From an uncultured Oscillospiraceae bacterium (GTDB lineage: Bacteria; Bacillota; Clostridia; Christensenellales; Aristaeellaceae): DNA of 27,291 nucleotides. Where the stretch lies: assembly GCA_964483255.1 (NCBI GenBank), contig CAZACE010000001.1:1-27291 (forward strand), read 5' to 3'. Every line of letters begins with the position of its first letter. Positions within the stretch are counted from its first letter, which is position 1. A program made the position numbers and the translations under genes. Shown piece by piece: positions 16,062 through 25,518 of this stretch. Below the pieces are notes generated by a model. The model was not told where the DNA came from and searched no databases. It saw only the letters and a program-made list of their open reading frames with translations.

Positions 16062-17291
16062 TCAAAGACGCTTTAAAAACGCTCGATAATTCGTTTCTGC
16101 ACAGTATTCTTGTTCAAATTTCATCCGGGCTGCCTTTCTCATTTGAATGTACGCACATTCCGGCAGCTCCGCAATCCGCTTGATACTTCGTGCCAGCTCC
16201 TCTGGCGAAAAGTCCTTGTGAAGCAAATATCCGTTCGCATCGTCAACCAACTCAGCCGTTCCGCCAACATCGGTTGCAATGACAGGGATATCAAAACTCA
16301 TCGCCTCCATGATTGCAACCGGAATCCCCTCCGTCTCACTTACGTTAACAAATGCATGAAATGACCTGCGGGCATATATCTCATATACCTGTTCATTCGC
16401 CATACTCCCCTTGAAAACCGCTGTCACATTGGCCGGGAGTTTTTCTTCAGCATATCTTTCAAGCTCCTTCTGAACGGGGCCGTCCCCGATATGCGTCCAC
16501 TCAACCGGCATATCTGTCATATGGGTCAGCGCATCCACAATGCGATCCAGTCGTTTAAGAGAAACACAGCGCGCACAAGACACCAGACGGAGCACGTCAC
16601 GGCTGTCATACGGATTATGCTGTGCGCGGTCTGCCGCGCCCAATCGGTGTACACAGACCCGCCCCGTCTTTCCATAGCGGCTGAGCAAGTATTCCTTGCC
16701 TTGGTTTGAAACTGATGCGACAGCGTCCAGCCCTTTGTACATTTGAAAATGAAATGGAATATATCCCGTTTCGTGCCGCTCCAAATACAGATCATAACCA
16801 TGCGCCCGGGAAACCGTTTGCAGCTTTCCTTTCAGCATCCTTTTTAATCGAAGCGCAGCATATGCAGGAATATGCAGCCAATAGGCATATGCCACTGCCG
16901 CCTGATACTCGGGATGCCTGCGAAGCCATCGCCTTGCCTGCATTGCTCTGTGATTGCCGCATAGTGCAAACACGAGCATGTCGTACAGCTTCTTACATGT
17001 AACCCCTTCGGCACATATAAGATGTATCAGTTCATGATAAAACAATCGGTCTGTCAGCACAAAAGGTATCGCTTCAATCATAGAGCGTATATCCTTTGAA
17101 AGCGTATAGTCTTGAATGACCTCTGTATTCCCGCAGTCAATCCGTCTGGTTACCGTTTCATTTCGCCTGCACGCTGCTACAATCAAGACCTTATCAAAAT
17201 ACTCCGAATACAGGGGATATTCCGTTTCCAAATAGGGTTCACTTGTGTTATAAGGAAAACCGTTGGTAAATAGAATGAGTAATCGCTTCAT
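16062..17291 (-). CDS. Glycosyltransferase family 4 (GT-B)
   Basis: SRAHGYDLY and NVSETEGIPVAIMEAMS (EX7E), ATDVGG. Start placed at the ATG at 17291 behind GAGGGGG. Confidence 0.88.
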   Translation of the reverse strand: MKRLLILFTNGFPYNTSEPYLETEYPLYSEYFDKVLIVAACRRNETVTRRIDCGNTEVIQDYTLSKDIRSMIEAIPFVLTDRLFYHELIHLICAEGVTCKKLYDMLVFALCGNHRAMQARRWLRRHPEYQAAVAYAYWLHIPAYAALRLKRMLKGKLQTVSRAHGYDLYLERHETGYIPFHFQMYKGLDAVASVSNQGKEYLLSRYGKTGRVCVHRLGAADRAQHNPYDSRDVLRLVSCARCVSLKRLDRIVDALTHMTDMPVEWTHIGDGPVQKELERYAEEKLPANVTAVFKGSMANEQVYEIYARRSFHAFVNVSETEGIPVAIMEAMSFDIPVIATDVGGTAELVDDANGYLLHKDFSPEELARSIKRIAELPECAYIQMRKAARMKFEQEYCAETNYRAFLKRL

Positions 17292-17366
17292 CCCTATCCC
17301 CCTCATCGTTTGAGAGAACAACCTTAAACTGCTTATACCGGGATAAACGCTTCCGCATTTCAGGGT

Positions 17367-18521
17367 TTATCCCTCAATGGCTTCCACAACTGCTGCCAAT
17401 GTCTCTTTCATTGCGCTTCGCTTTTCAATGTAACTGCGAATCTCTTCACCGAGCTGAGTTCTGCTGCGTCCGTCCGAGAAACACTTGTCGTAGAAATCAA
17501 ACACCGTTTTGATATCAATCGGCGTTTCATCCGCAGAAACGCTCAACAGATATGGGAATTCATCCGAAAGAATATCGATCTTACAAGCATTGATCATCGG
17601 TATTCCCTTCGCGCCATATTCGCGGCTTTTCAACGAGCTAAGCACCTTTATGCCGCTTCGATGTCTGGCAAGCGAATCAATCCCTATTGCACATTTTTCA
17701 TATACCGCATCAAGCGCTTCTCCATGCAAGACCCCTTCGAACACAACATATTCGCTAAGACCATACTCCGCCGCAAGCCGCTTATACTTCGGACACTCAC
17801 GACCATTTCCAACAAGATGAAAAACCAGCTTACGCTTGCCACCCTGTTGATAATAGTTCTTCATCCCCTCCAGGAAGCGTTCATAGCCATGCCATTCTCT
17901 CATAGATGAAACCGCAATGACGTGCAAACCATCCGAGGGCAACGCATCATTGACAGGGGACATTGTTGAAAAATCAAATCCATTCGGAGTCACGATGGTC
18001 GGAATACCAAATATCCGCTCATTACCCGCATAGAACGTGGAAATGTAATCTACATATTTGTGAAGCTGTCTCCGATAATGCATATCAACCAACAGTTTTA
18101 TGCGCGATAAAACCGTCCTATTATTCTCCTCGTCGTACGGATATGTAGGTAACTCCAGCACAATCTTTCTGCATCGCAGTTTCAACGCCTTCAGCAAGCT
18201 GATAAAGCCCAAATCGGAAAAATCATATCGGATATAGCATGCATCGTACTTTCTTTCACGCACATATCCGGCAATATCCTTCATCTGATACTGTTTATCC
18301 AGTATGCTTCTGAAACAATAATTGTTTATCCGCGCTTTTCGCTCTTTCACAACAGCCTGCGTTCCTGCCGTTTTTACAACAGTTTGCGCGCCGCATCTCT
18401 CGACCAGGTCAACCTGATAACCATATGCCGCAAATGCTCGACATTGCGACAAAATCTTCGCCCGAACACCAAAGAGTTGGTTTTCCCGGTTATTGAACGC
18501 AATATACAGCAGGCTCTTCAT
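17367..18521 (-). CDS. Glycosyltransferase, GT-B/GT4-like
   Basis: LELPTYPY, WHGYER, LVGNG and SSLKSREYGAKGIP motifs; EPS cluster context. Confidence 0.8.
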   Translation of the reverse strand: MKSLLYIAFNNRENQLFGVRAKILSQCRAFAAYGYQVDLVERCGAQTVVKTAGTQAVVKERKARINNYCFRSILDKQYQMKDIAGYVRERKYDACYIRYDFSDLGFISLLKALKLRCRKIVLELPTYPYDEENNRTVLSRIKLLVDMHYRRQLHKYVDYISTFYAGNERIFGIPTIVTPNGFDFSTMSPVNDALPSDGLHVIAVSSMREWHGYERFLEGMKNYYQQGGKRKLVFHLVGNGRECPKYKRLAAEYGLSEYVVFEGVLHGEALDAVYEKCAIGIDSLARHRSGIKVLSSLKSREYGAKGIPMINACKIDILSDEFPYLLSVSADETPIDIKTVFDFYDKCFSDGRSRTQLGEEIRSYIEKRSAMKETLAAVVEAIEG

Positions 18522-18589
18522 GCCGATCCTTCTTCCCCATCCGGTGATATGCGTGCTCTCTTATGCATCCGCCGAATCCTCTCTTGCGA

Positions 18590-19696
18590 TTATGGCAGAT
18601 TGATGATATTCCACCAATCAGAAAAAGCCGTCCGATAATTCATATAAATATTGTTGGGCTGAATGGCAAAATTCACAAAAGCTGCAACGCAAACCACTGC
18701 AAAAGCCGCTTGTACCAAGAAACGATTTCTACTCTCTCGAATGCTTCCCAACACTTGCGGAATGATCAATACATACCCGATTTTCAGCATATCAAATACA
18801 CGATATGGCAAAAACATGGCGCCTGAATTCAAAATTATGATAAAGATCACCAATGCCTGATTCACATACATATACCCATATCTGCTATTATTGATGACTT
18901 CATTATAAAACAACCACGAAATAAAAAAGAACAAAGCAGTGACCGCAATATTGATTCTGGCTAATCCAAGGGTCGTATATCTTTGATTGGCGGACAATGC
19001 TCTCATCACGATGGGGATCACCTTTTGCAATACCGGCGTCATAGCGACTGCGGCGATTGCAAAAATCAGCACGTCTGCCTGCCCGCGAAACCTGAGCTTA
19101 CACAACAAATAGATCGGTATATTCAGCAATCCTGTACGATGAAACAGTGCGGCAAGCAAAAACAAAGCAATGATCGATATGTCTTTTTTCCAGCCCTCTC
19201 GGTCCGTCCCCATTTTCGCCCAGCCAACCAGGCAAATGGCTTCAGCCAGAGATTGTCTCAAAGATGAATACGCGTCAAAATACACCGTTAATAAGAAAAA
19301 GATCGCAACACTCCAAGTTCCCCATTTCGATCCTTTATATAGCGCATAGGCTATGATGATAAAAAAAGCCAACCCATGAGCAAATAAGAACCAGAAAAAA
19401 GGAATCTCTAATTCTGCAAAAATGCGCATGAACCAGTAAAAGGCCTGTTCAAATCCGCGCTTGTTCACGCCATCAGCCGAATCATGATAAGCCGCCCAAT
19501 ACGACGAACCATAAACACTGTCTGCCCCGACATTCCATCTGAACAAAGCAAGCAATGTCAGCGGCAAAAGCGCCGTCCATGCCATTTTCAGCTTCGGAAA
19601 AACATTGGTTCGTACTCCACGCACTGAATACTGCGGTTGAACCACCCGGAAGCTCAGAATCATTGTGAGTACAAATGCAATTGCATAATAGATCAT
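18590..19696 (-). CDS. EpsG-family polysaccharide polymerase (Wzy)
   Basis: Polytopic membrane protein with RWNVGAD..Y, LRQSLA and AALFH motifs characteristic of EpsG. Confidence 0.8.
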   Translation of the reverse strand: MIYYAIAFVLTMILSFRVVQPQYSVRGVRTNVFPKLKMAWTALLPLTLLALFRWNVGADSVYGSSYWAAYHDSADGVNKRGFEQAFYWFMRIFAELEIPFFWFLFAHGLAFFIIIAYALYKGSKWGTWSVAIFFLLTVYFDAYSSLRQSLAEAICLVGWAKMGTDREGWKKDISIIALFLLAALFHRTGLLNIPIYLLCKLRFRGQADVLIFAIAAVAMTPVLQKVIPIVMRALSANQRYTTLGLARINIAVTALFFFISWLFYNEVINNSRYGYMYVNQALVIFIIILNSGAMFLPYRVFDMLKIGYVLIIPQVLGSIRESRNRFLVQAAFAVVCVAAFVNFAIQPNNIYMNYRTAFSDWWNIINLP

Positions 19697-19721
19697 CTAA
19701 GGCTTGTTCTCCCATTCAGAT

Positions 19722-20855
19722 TTACTGATGACGCTCCAAATAGTATTCCTGCAGCCACGGCGCTGTAGTATGGATATCATATCCCGAGGTCACAATGTCT
19801 TCGTATGTATCGTTTCTCGGCGTAGATGCGGCTGTAATCAGCGCATGAACCCACTCGCTCACCGGCGCATTCACAGACATATACGCAACCATTCCCAGCA
19901 CATTCATTTCCTCTGTAAGGGTATCGCTCACCACGCAGCGCAAGCCACTTGCCTGCGCTTCAATCACGGTTACCGGCAGCCCCTCCCAGAAAGAGGGAAG
20001 AACAAACGCATCGGCAGCACAAAGCACGTCCGGAATATCCGCACGCATGCCAAGGAAGCGCGTATGCGCTTCCACGCCATTTTTCTTTGCCTGCGCTTTC
20101 ACGTCATTCTCACAGGGCCCCTCGCCGGCAAACACGAAGACCACATCCCTTCGCACCTTCATCATTTCCCTGAGCACATTGATCAGGAAGGCCTGGTTTT
20201 TCTCCGGTCTGAATCGGGCAACGCAAGCAATCACAAGACTATCCCCCAGGTTCAACGCTTCTCTCAGCGCCCTGCGCTTATCCTCATTGAAGCGAAAACG
20301 CTGTGCATCAACCGCATTGGCCAGCACCTGCACTTTGCCTTCACGAATGAGCTTTTCAGGGTAGAACCAGTGTTTTGCCGCCTCAGAACAAGCAAAATAG
20401 TCCGTTGCAGAGCGAGTGATAAACCGCTGAAGAATATCTGTCACAAAGCCTAAATGGCCTGCCTTGCTTCTGGTATTATGGCTATGCGCGATTCTGCACG
20501 AAACGCCATACTTCTTGGCAATCGGCATATAGATCGATGCCGTATTGGTCATATGACCATGAATCACCTTGTATTCCGGATGCTCCTTGAAAAAGCAATG
20601 CAGAGCCTTTATGTAGCGAAACAGACGCCAATAGTATACATGCATGTCATCTTTGAGTGCAGGCATCTCATAGATTCGGCCGCCAAGCGCACGGATCTCA
20701 TCGTTATAGGCAGCCTCACGCCCATAATGAGCGAGAAAATCAAACTGTACTCTCCTTCGATCAATATGACGGTACAGATTCATAATCATGGTTTCGATAC
20801 CGCCGCGATCCATTCTGCCTACTACCTGAAGGACACGAATCGGTTCATTATCCAT
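19722..20855 (-). CDS. Glycosyltransferase family 4 (EpsF-like)
   Basis: MDRGGIETMIMNLYR, RIAHSH, ACS..A, EKNQ and LPSFWEGLPVTVIEAQASG motifs. Start placed at the ATG at 20855. Confidence 0.9.
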   Translation of the reverse strand: MDNEPIRVLQVVGRMDRGGIETMIMNLYRHIDRRRVQFDFLAHYGREAAYNDEIRALGGRIYEMPALKDDMHVYYWRLFRYIKALHCFFKEHPEYKVIHGHMTNTASIYMPIAKKYGVSCRIAHSHNTRSKAGHLGFVTDILQRFITRSATDYFACSEAAKHWFYPEKLIREGKVQVLANAVDAQRFRFNEDKRRALREALNLGDSLVIACVARFRPEKNQAFLINVLREMMKVRRDVVFVFAGEGPCENDVKAQAKKNGVEAHTRFLGMRADIPDVLCAADAFVLPSFWEGLPVTVIEAQASGLRCVVSDTLTEEMNVLGMVAYMSVNAPVSEWVHALITAASTPRNDTYEDIVTSGYDIHTTAPWLQEYYLERHQ

Positions 20856-21001
20856 GCATGCACCATCCTTCCTTGACGAAATCCATGTCATCCAGCTGCA
20901 AACAGGTTCGCCCGCTCATTCCCCTCAGAAGCAAACGCCACGCAGCCACCTCAGAATACAGACAGCCGGACTGCTTAGAATAATCCAAATAACAAGCCCA
21001 T

Positions 21002-21045
21002 ATAAAAAGCGTATCTGTCCACAGCAAACTGCGGCCAGCTACGCT
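21002..21045 (-). terminator. Intra-operon intrinsic terminator-like hairpin between the priming transferase and the first GT4 gene
   Basis: The minus strand folds as AGCGUA-G-CUG-G-CCGCAG-UUUG-CUGUGG-A-CAG-A-UACGCU, followed by UUUUAU. Confidence 0.55.
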
Positions 21046-21086
21046 AAAGCGACCTGAGCCGCATTGGCAATATGATTACGCACTTG

Positions 21087-22514
21087 TTAAGCGCTCTTCT
21101 TCAAATCGTCAGGCTTTGCCGTATTGCCTGCCGCCATACGGCATGCCGCAATGCCCTCTGTGATCTCTATCTGAAACAGGATCTGTATCGTTGCAAAGAT
21201 GATCTTCAAATCCTCAATGAAGCTGGGATTTGAGATATACATCAGGTCCATCTGAAGCTTGTCATATGGAATCGTGTTGTATTTTCCATATACCTGCGCA
21301 TAACCGGTCAGGCCGGCCTTCGCCTGCAGGCGAAGCGCAAACTCCGGCATTTCTTCTTCATATTGCGCGGCAATCTCCGGGCGCTCCGGCCGCGGACCGA
21401 CAACACTCATGCTGCCATGCAGAATATTGAACAGCTGCGGCAGTTCATCCAGGTGTCTTGCGCGAATAAAACGGCCTACCGACGTGATCCGCTCATCACG
21501 TTCTCCGCTGGAAAGCCTGGCAATTCCGTCTTTTTCGGCATCAATCCTCATACTGCGGAATTTCAGAATCTCAAATACCCTGCCATCCTTTGTAAGCCGC
21601 GCCTGCCTATAAAATACCGGCCCTCCATCATGCGCTTTGATGGCAATCGCTACGGCAAGCATAATGGGACTGGTAAGCACAATCGCAACCGTACTGCTGA
21701 CAATGTCGAATGCCCGCTTCATGAAACGATATTCGATCGGAGGGTTATAGCGCTCTGCCCGCAGAATGGGCAGATGGAACATATGCATATGCTTGGCGCC
21801 GCTCATCAGCACATCGCCGACACGCGGAATCATATACACGACAATTCCATTTTTCACGCAGTGCTTCAAAATGGCATTGCGTTCGTGGCTATGGACGCCG
21901 CAAAGAAAAACCGCATCCATCCCATTGAGAATTCTCATTCTCTGCGCAAGGCACTCCTCAATGCTGCAGGTAAACTGAATATCAAACTCCTTGTCAAGAC
22001 CATACTCGCCAAAGAGTTCTTCCATTCCTCGGCGTACATCAAAGACGATACCCGCTTTCTGTGCGGCAAACCTTGCAAAATACCAGCGCTGAGCGCATCT
22101 GCACCAAATCATACTGAGCAGCAATTGACCCGCAAGCGCCAGCAAAGCCGGAAACAGATTTGGAAAACCGCAGCTGATCAGCCACAGCACCAAAAACATC
22201 ATGCTGTCAGCCATCAGAATGCTCAGCACCTGACTGAAATACAATTCAGAAATCCGTCTGATTGAAATCAGAAATGCATCGTATATCCGCCCAAAGAAGC
22301 AATACAATGCAGCAAACAGGCCAATGATCCCTGCACTCCTGTATATTGATGGAATCAACTCTACCCTTTGGGCATAATACACAGACCAACACAACGCAAA
22401 CGGCATAACGACTGCCAGAATGTTCAGCGCTTTCACTATTCTGATCAGTATATCATACCGCAAGCAGCGGCGGGGACGCCTCATTCCCTTGCCTTCTGAG
22501 GCTTTGATACCCAT
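21087..22514 (-). CDS. Priming polyprenyl-phosphate glycosyl-1-phosphate transferase (CpsE/WcaJ family)
   Basis: N-terminal TM segments, then KRAFDI, GPVFYRQAR, KFRSM, LDELPQLFNILHGSMSVVGPRPERP and KAGLTGYAQV. An alternative start exists at 22484. Confidence 0.92.
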   Translation of the reverse strand: MGIKASEGKGMRRPRRCLRYDILIRIVKALNILAVVMPFALCWSVYYAQRVELIPSIYRSAGIIGLFAALYCFFGRIYDAFLISIRRISELYFSQVLSILMADSMMFLVLWLISCGFPNLFPALLALAGQLLLSMIWCRCAQRWYFARFAAQKAGIVFDVRRGMEELFGEYGLDKEFDIQFTCSIEECLAQRMRILNGMDAVFLCGVHSHERNAILKHCVKNGIVVYMIPRVGDVLMSGAKHMHMFHLPILRAERYNPPIEYRFMKRAFDIVSSTVAIVLTSPIMLAVAIAIKAHDGGPVFYRQARLTKDGRVFEILKFRSMRIDAEKDGIARLSSGERDERITSVGRFIRARHLDELPQLFNILHGSMSVVGPRPERPEIAAQYEEEMPEFALRLQAKAGLTGYAQVYGKYNTIPYDKLQMDLMYISNPSFIEDLKIIFATIQILFQIEITEGIAACRMAAGNTAKPDDLKKSA

Positions 22515-22530
22515 CTTCTTAACTCCAAGA

Positions 22531-23232
22531 TCATGAATTCATCATTGTCAGGCTCTTTGCATACGTTTCATCAAACCTCATTTTCAGATTGTTGTATGCT
22601 TCTCTCATTCTGAAAGGACGTCTGCTGCAATCATGGGCATCTGAGGCAACATAGTCTATCAAGCCGCTGCGCAGCCACTTGTTGATACACCTTTTTTTGA
22701 AAAAACCGCATCTATCAATCACAGAACTGCAATTCATCTGATATCGGATATCGTATCTATGCTTCAATCTGTATGCATTTGCAGCTCGATACAGGCAGTC
22801 ATACCGCTCAACATGCGCTATGATCAGCCCATACCCGCTGCGATCCATCAGGTCAGCTGCCGCTTCAAGTTCCGAAAAGGAAACATCCGCAGCAAATTCC
22901 ATCAGAACATCGTTCGAATCCCCCAAGGTTCGCAGCTTTCTCTCCAGAGCATACCGCTCAATTGCCGGTGTATACATATTTTCCGCACCGGCATGCAGCT
23001 GCATCCCATACCCTTTTCTACTGCAATACAATCTGGCCTCATTGAGATGCCGCAAATACCGCTCATCATCAAACCTGTACACACCAGGCGTTATATGCGG
23101 CGTTGCAAATAAAGAAACGATGCCCTCTACATACGCAGCATCCAGCATCGCTTCCATTTCAGCCCGAGTTTGAGCACCGCCATCCACGCCATAAACAAAA
23201 TGGGCATGAATGTCTATGAATTCCATCATCAT
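22531..23232 (-). CDS. cpsB: PHP-family protein-tyrosine phosphatase (CpsB/CapC/YwqE)
   Basis: IDIHAH, ATPH, GAE, LMEF, AHVERY and ASDAH...R motifs. The usual DDG reads DGG. Confidence 0.9.
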   Translation of the reverse strand: MMMEFIDIHAHFVYGVDGGAQTRAEMEAMLDAAYVEGIVSLFATPHITPGVYRFDDERYLRHLNEARLYCSRKGYGMQLHAGAENMYTPAIERYALERKLRTLGDSNDVLMEFAADVSFSELEAAADLMDRSGYGLIIAHVERYDCLYRAANAYRLKHRYDIRYQMNCSSVIDRCGFFKKRCINKWLRSGLIDYVASDAHDCSRRPFRMREAYNNLKMRFDETYAKSLTMMNS

Positions 23233-23265
23233 CTTTCCGGCAGATTGCTTTCAGTCTTCTTTCTG

Positions 23266-23973
23266 CTAACTCTCATCCTTCCCATAATTCGAATAATACG
23301 ATTTATAGGAATATTTTCGGCTCAGATAATTGTCAAACTCAACCCGATTGAGCGCCACGCCGACAATCGGACAGCCAGTCTGTTCCAGCTGCTCTTTGAC
23401 GTCAAGCAACTCTCGGCGGTGAACCTCATTGTAGTTCACAACAATCAATGTGCCGTCACACGACTTTGCAATCTCCGCCGCATCAATAACCGTACCCACA
23501 GGCGGCGCATCCACCAGCACGTAATCCACATTCTTTAAAAGCTCATCAAGCAGTTCCCTGAAGCGCTGCGAATTCAGAAGCGGAAGCGGATTGGAAACCA
23601 TTCTGCCGATCGGCACCATATAAGTACGGGAAATGCTTGTCTCATAAACCACATTCTCCATTGCGGTCATTCCAGCCAGAAAATGGGCAAGACCTTGCTT
23701 CTCCTCTTCATCGCTAAACTTCAGGCCATACTGCGAAGAAATATGGCTGCATCTCAAATCAGCATCCACCAGAGCCACACGCTTACCATATTCTGCCATC
23801 GTCCGCATGATATTCATGGCCAAAAACGACTTGCCTTCCGAAGCATGCGAACTGGTGATCATGATCTTCCTGACGTTTTCGCCCGAAAACGACAGATTGG
23901 TACACAGCGTATTCAAGGCTTCCTGTCCCGCATAACTCAAGGAGGGAAACTTGCCGATTTCCAAACGCTTCAT
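23266..23973 (-). CDS. cpsD: BY-kinase (CpsD/CapB/Wze)
   Basis: Walker A SEGKS, Walker A' VDADLR, Walker B VLVDAPP and a C-terminal Tyr cluster YLSRKYSYKSYYSNYG. Confidence 0.92.
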   Translation of the reverse strand: MKRLEIGKFPSLSYAGQEALNTLCTNLSFSGENVRKIMITSSHASEGKSFLAMNIMRTMAEYGKRVALVDADLRCSHISSQYGLKFSDEEEKQGLAHFLAGMTAMENVVYETSISRTYMVPIGRMVSNPLPLLNSQRFRELLDELLKNVDYVLVDAPPVGTVIDAAEIAKSCDGTLIVVNYNEVHRRELLDVKEQLEQTGCPIVGVALNRVEFDNYLSRKYSYKSYYSNYGKDES

Positions 23974-24731
23974 GAGAGCCTCCTTGAATTCTTCCTGCCA
24001 TTGTCTTTTTCCAGCGGAATCACTGCCAGCGCAGGCAGTCCGGTATACCGGCGAATATCCTCTGCTGTCTTATACTTGTCATCCAGAACCATCCATATTG
24101 TGACATAGCCGCAGGAGAGCAGCATACCCAGCGCGAATCCAATCATCACATTTTTCACCAGGCTGGGGCTCACGGGATTGGCAGGCACCAGCGCAACCGA
24201 CATCATGCTTGGTTTATCCGTCGCCATCGTTTCCGCAATAAAACGGCTGGCCACCTGAGCATATTGATTGGCAATTGCGGCCGCTTCTTCGGGATCCTGT
24301 GAGGCGATTGTAATATCAATCATACGCGTGTCAGAAGTATTCGTTACGGTAAGCATCTCTTCCATTTCCTTATAAGAATAGGAAAGGCCTAAATTCGAAA
24401 TCACCTCTTCATGAACTTCCCAGATATCAAATACTTTGACATAATCCTTCGCCAATGCGTTGCCAAGCTGCAGATCAGAAAGGTTGATCGCCGAGTCATC
24501 CCGATTCAGGACATAGATGATCGAGGTTGCTTCATACATCGGCGTCGCCAAGAACAACGTGTACAGCCCCATCACAAGCACCAGGAGCAATGTCACGCCT
24601 GCAATCATCTTCCAGCTTGCAAGCAGCCGATAAACCAGTTCCACCAGATCGATTGTCTGTACATCGGTCATCCGCTTATTATGGACAGAATCATCCGCAG
24701 ACTCCATCCATTTCTTCTGTTGATCTGACAT
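23970..24731 (-). CDS. cpsC: Polysaccharide co-polymerase/BY-kinase modulator (CpsC/CapA)
   Basis: IDLVEL, TM1, TPMYEAT, P.NPVSPS before TM2 and ED...TGLPALAVIP. ATGA overlap with cpsD. Confidence 0.9.
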   Translation of the reverse strand: MSDQQKKWMESADDSVHNKRMTDVQTIDLVELVYRLLASWKMIAGVTLLLVLVMGLYTLFLATPMYEATSIIYVLNRDDSAINLSDLQLGNALAKDYVKVFDIWEVHEEVISNLGLSYSYKEMEEMLTVTNTSDTRMIDITIASQDPEEAAAIANQYAQVASRFIAETMATDKPSMMSVALVPANPVSPSLVKNVMIGFALGMLLSCGYVTIWMVLDDKYKTAEDIRRYTGLPALAVIPLEKDNGRKNSRRLS

Positions 24732-24773
24732 AATTGCTCTCCGATCTATTCGTGCAAAACCCGAATCACCGAA

Positions 24774-24820
24774 ACAGACGAATCACAAAGAAGATATATA
24801 CTTCTTCGCGATTCGCCCGC
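24774..24820 (-). other. 20-bp RNA hairpin in the hypothetical-cpsC intergenic region
   Basis: Minus strand GCGGGCGAAUCGCGAAGAAG-UAUAUAU-CUUCUUUGUGAUUCGUCUGU has 15 Watson-Crick and 5 G-U pairs with no mismatch. Confidence 0.75.
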
Positions 24821-24848
24821 ATTTATATTCTCTCTTATTAAGCCGTCC

Positions 24849-25445
24849 TTACTTGCTGACGATGCTGACGATCGCAGTGCCATTCTGAACGGCGTTCATC
24901 AGCCGCGCATCAAATTCGACCTCAACACAGCCGTCTTCTGCGCCGACGCCATCCAAGGCTACCCACTCGATAGACTGCGTTCCATCTGCATTCGCAGTCA
25001 CCAGGCCGATCATGACGACCACCCGCTCCGCCTTCTCATAGAGGGTGGCAAAGCTCATCTTCGTCGTCACATTGCCATATGCTTCCCGATAATTCTCAAC
25101 AACAAACGGACAGAACTCATACACGTTCAGTGTCTCAGTTTCAAGAATATCCTTCATATTGACCACGTTGCCGAGGGTATCCTTCACTTCGCCAAAATAC
25201 GTCTCCACAGCATTTTCATCTGCCAGCTTACTCATCTCATTGCGGCAAATGTCAATATGTTCCTGACGCATCGTTTCGGTATCATCAACCGGACGCACGA
25301 CAACTGCAGCATCCTCCGGCAGATCACCTGAAATTACTTTAAAACTGGTGAGATCTCCTGCTGTTATACTGGGAACATATTCTGTAAGCGCTGCACTGGG
25401 CATGCACAGCATCATCGCAGCCAGAAGAGCGATCAGCTTATTCAT
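24849..25445 (-). CDS. Hypothetical secreted acidic protein (198 aa)
   Basis: Signal-peptide-like N-terminus MNKLIALLAAMMLCMPSAA, an Asp/Glu-rich mature part, and SD AAAGGAG before the ATG at 25445. No family recognised. Confidence 0.75.
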   Translation of the reverse strand: MNKLIALLAAMMLCMPSAALTEYVPSITAGDLTSFKVISGDLPEDAAVVVRPVDDTETMRQEHIDICRNEMSKLADENAVETYFGEVKDTLGNVVNMKDILETETLNVYEFCPFVVENYREAYGNVTTKMSFATLYEKAERVVVMIGLVTANADGTQSIEWVALDGVGAEDGCVEVEFDARLMNAVQNGTAIVSIVSK

Positions 25446-25518
25446 AAAGGAGATTCTCCTTTCTAATCCTGCTGCGCACATCATACGCTTCCCATCACAT
25501 GCCCGCTCTCCCGAAGAT

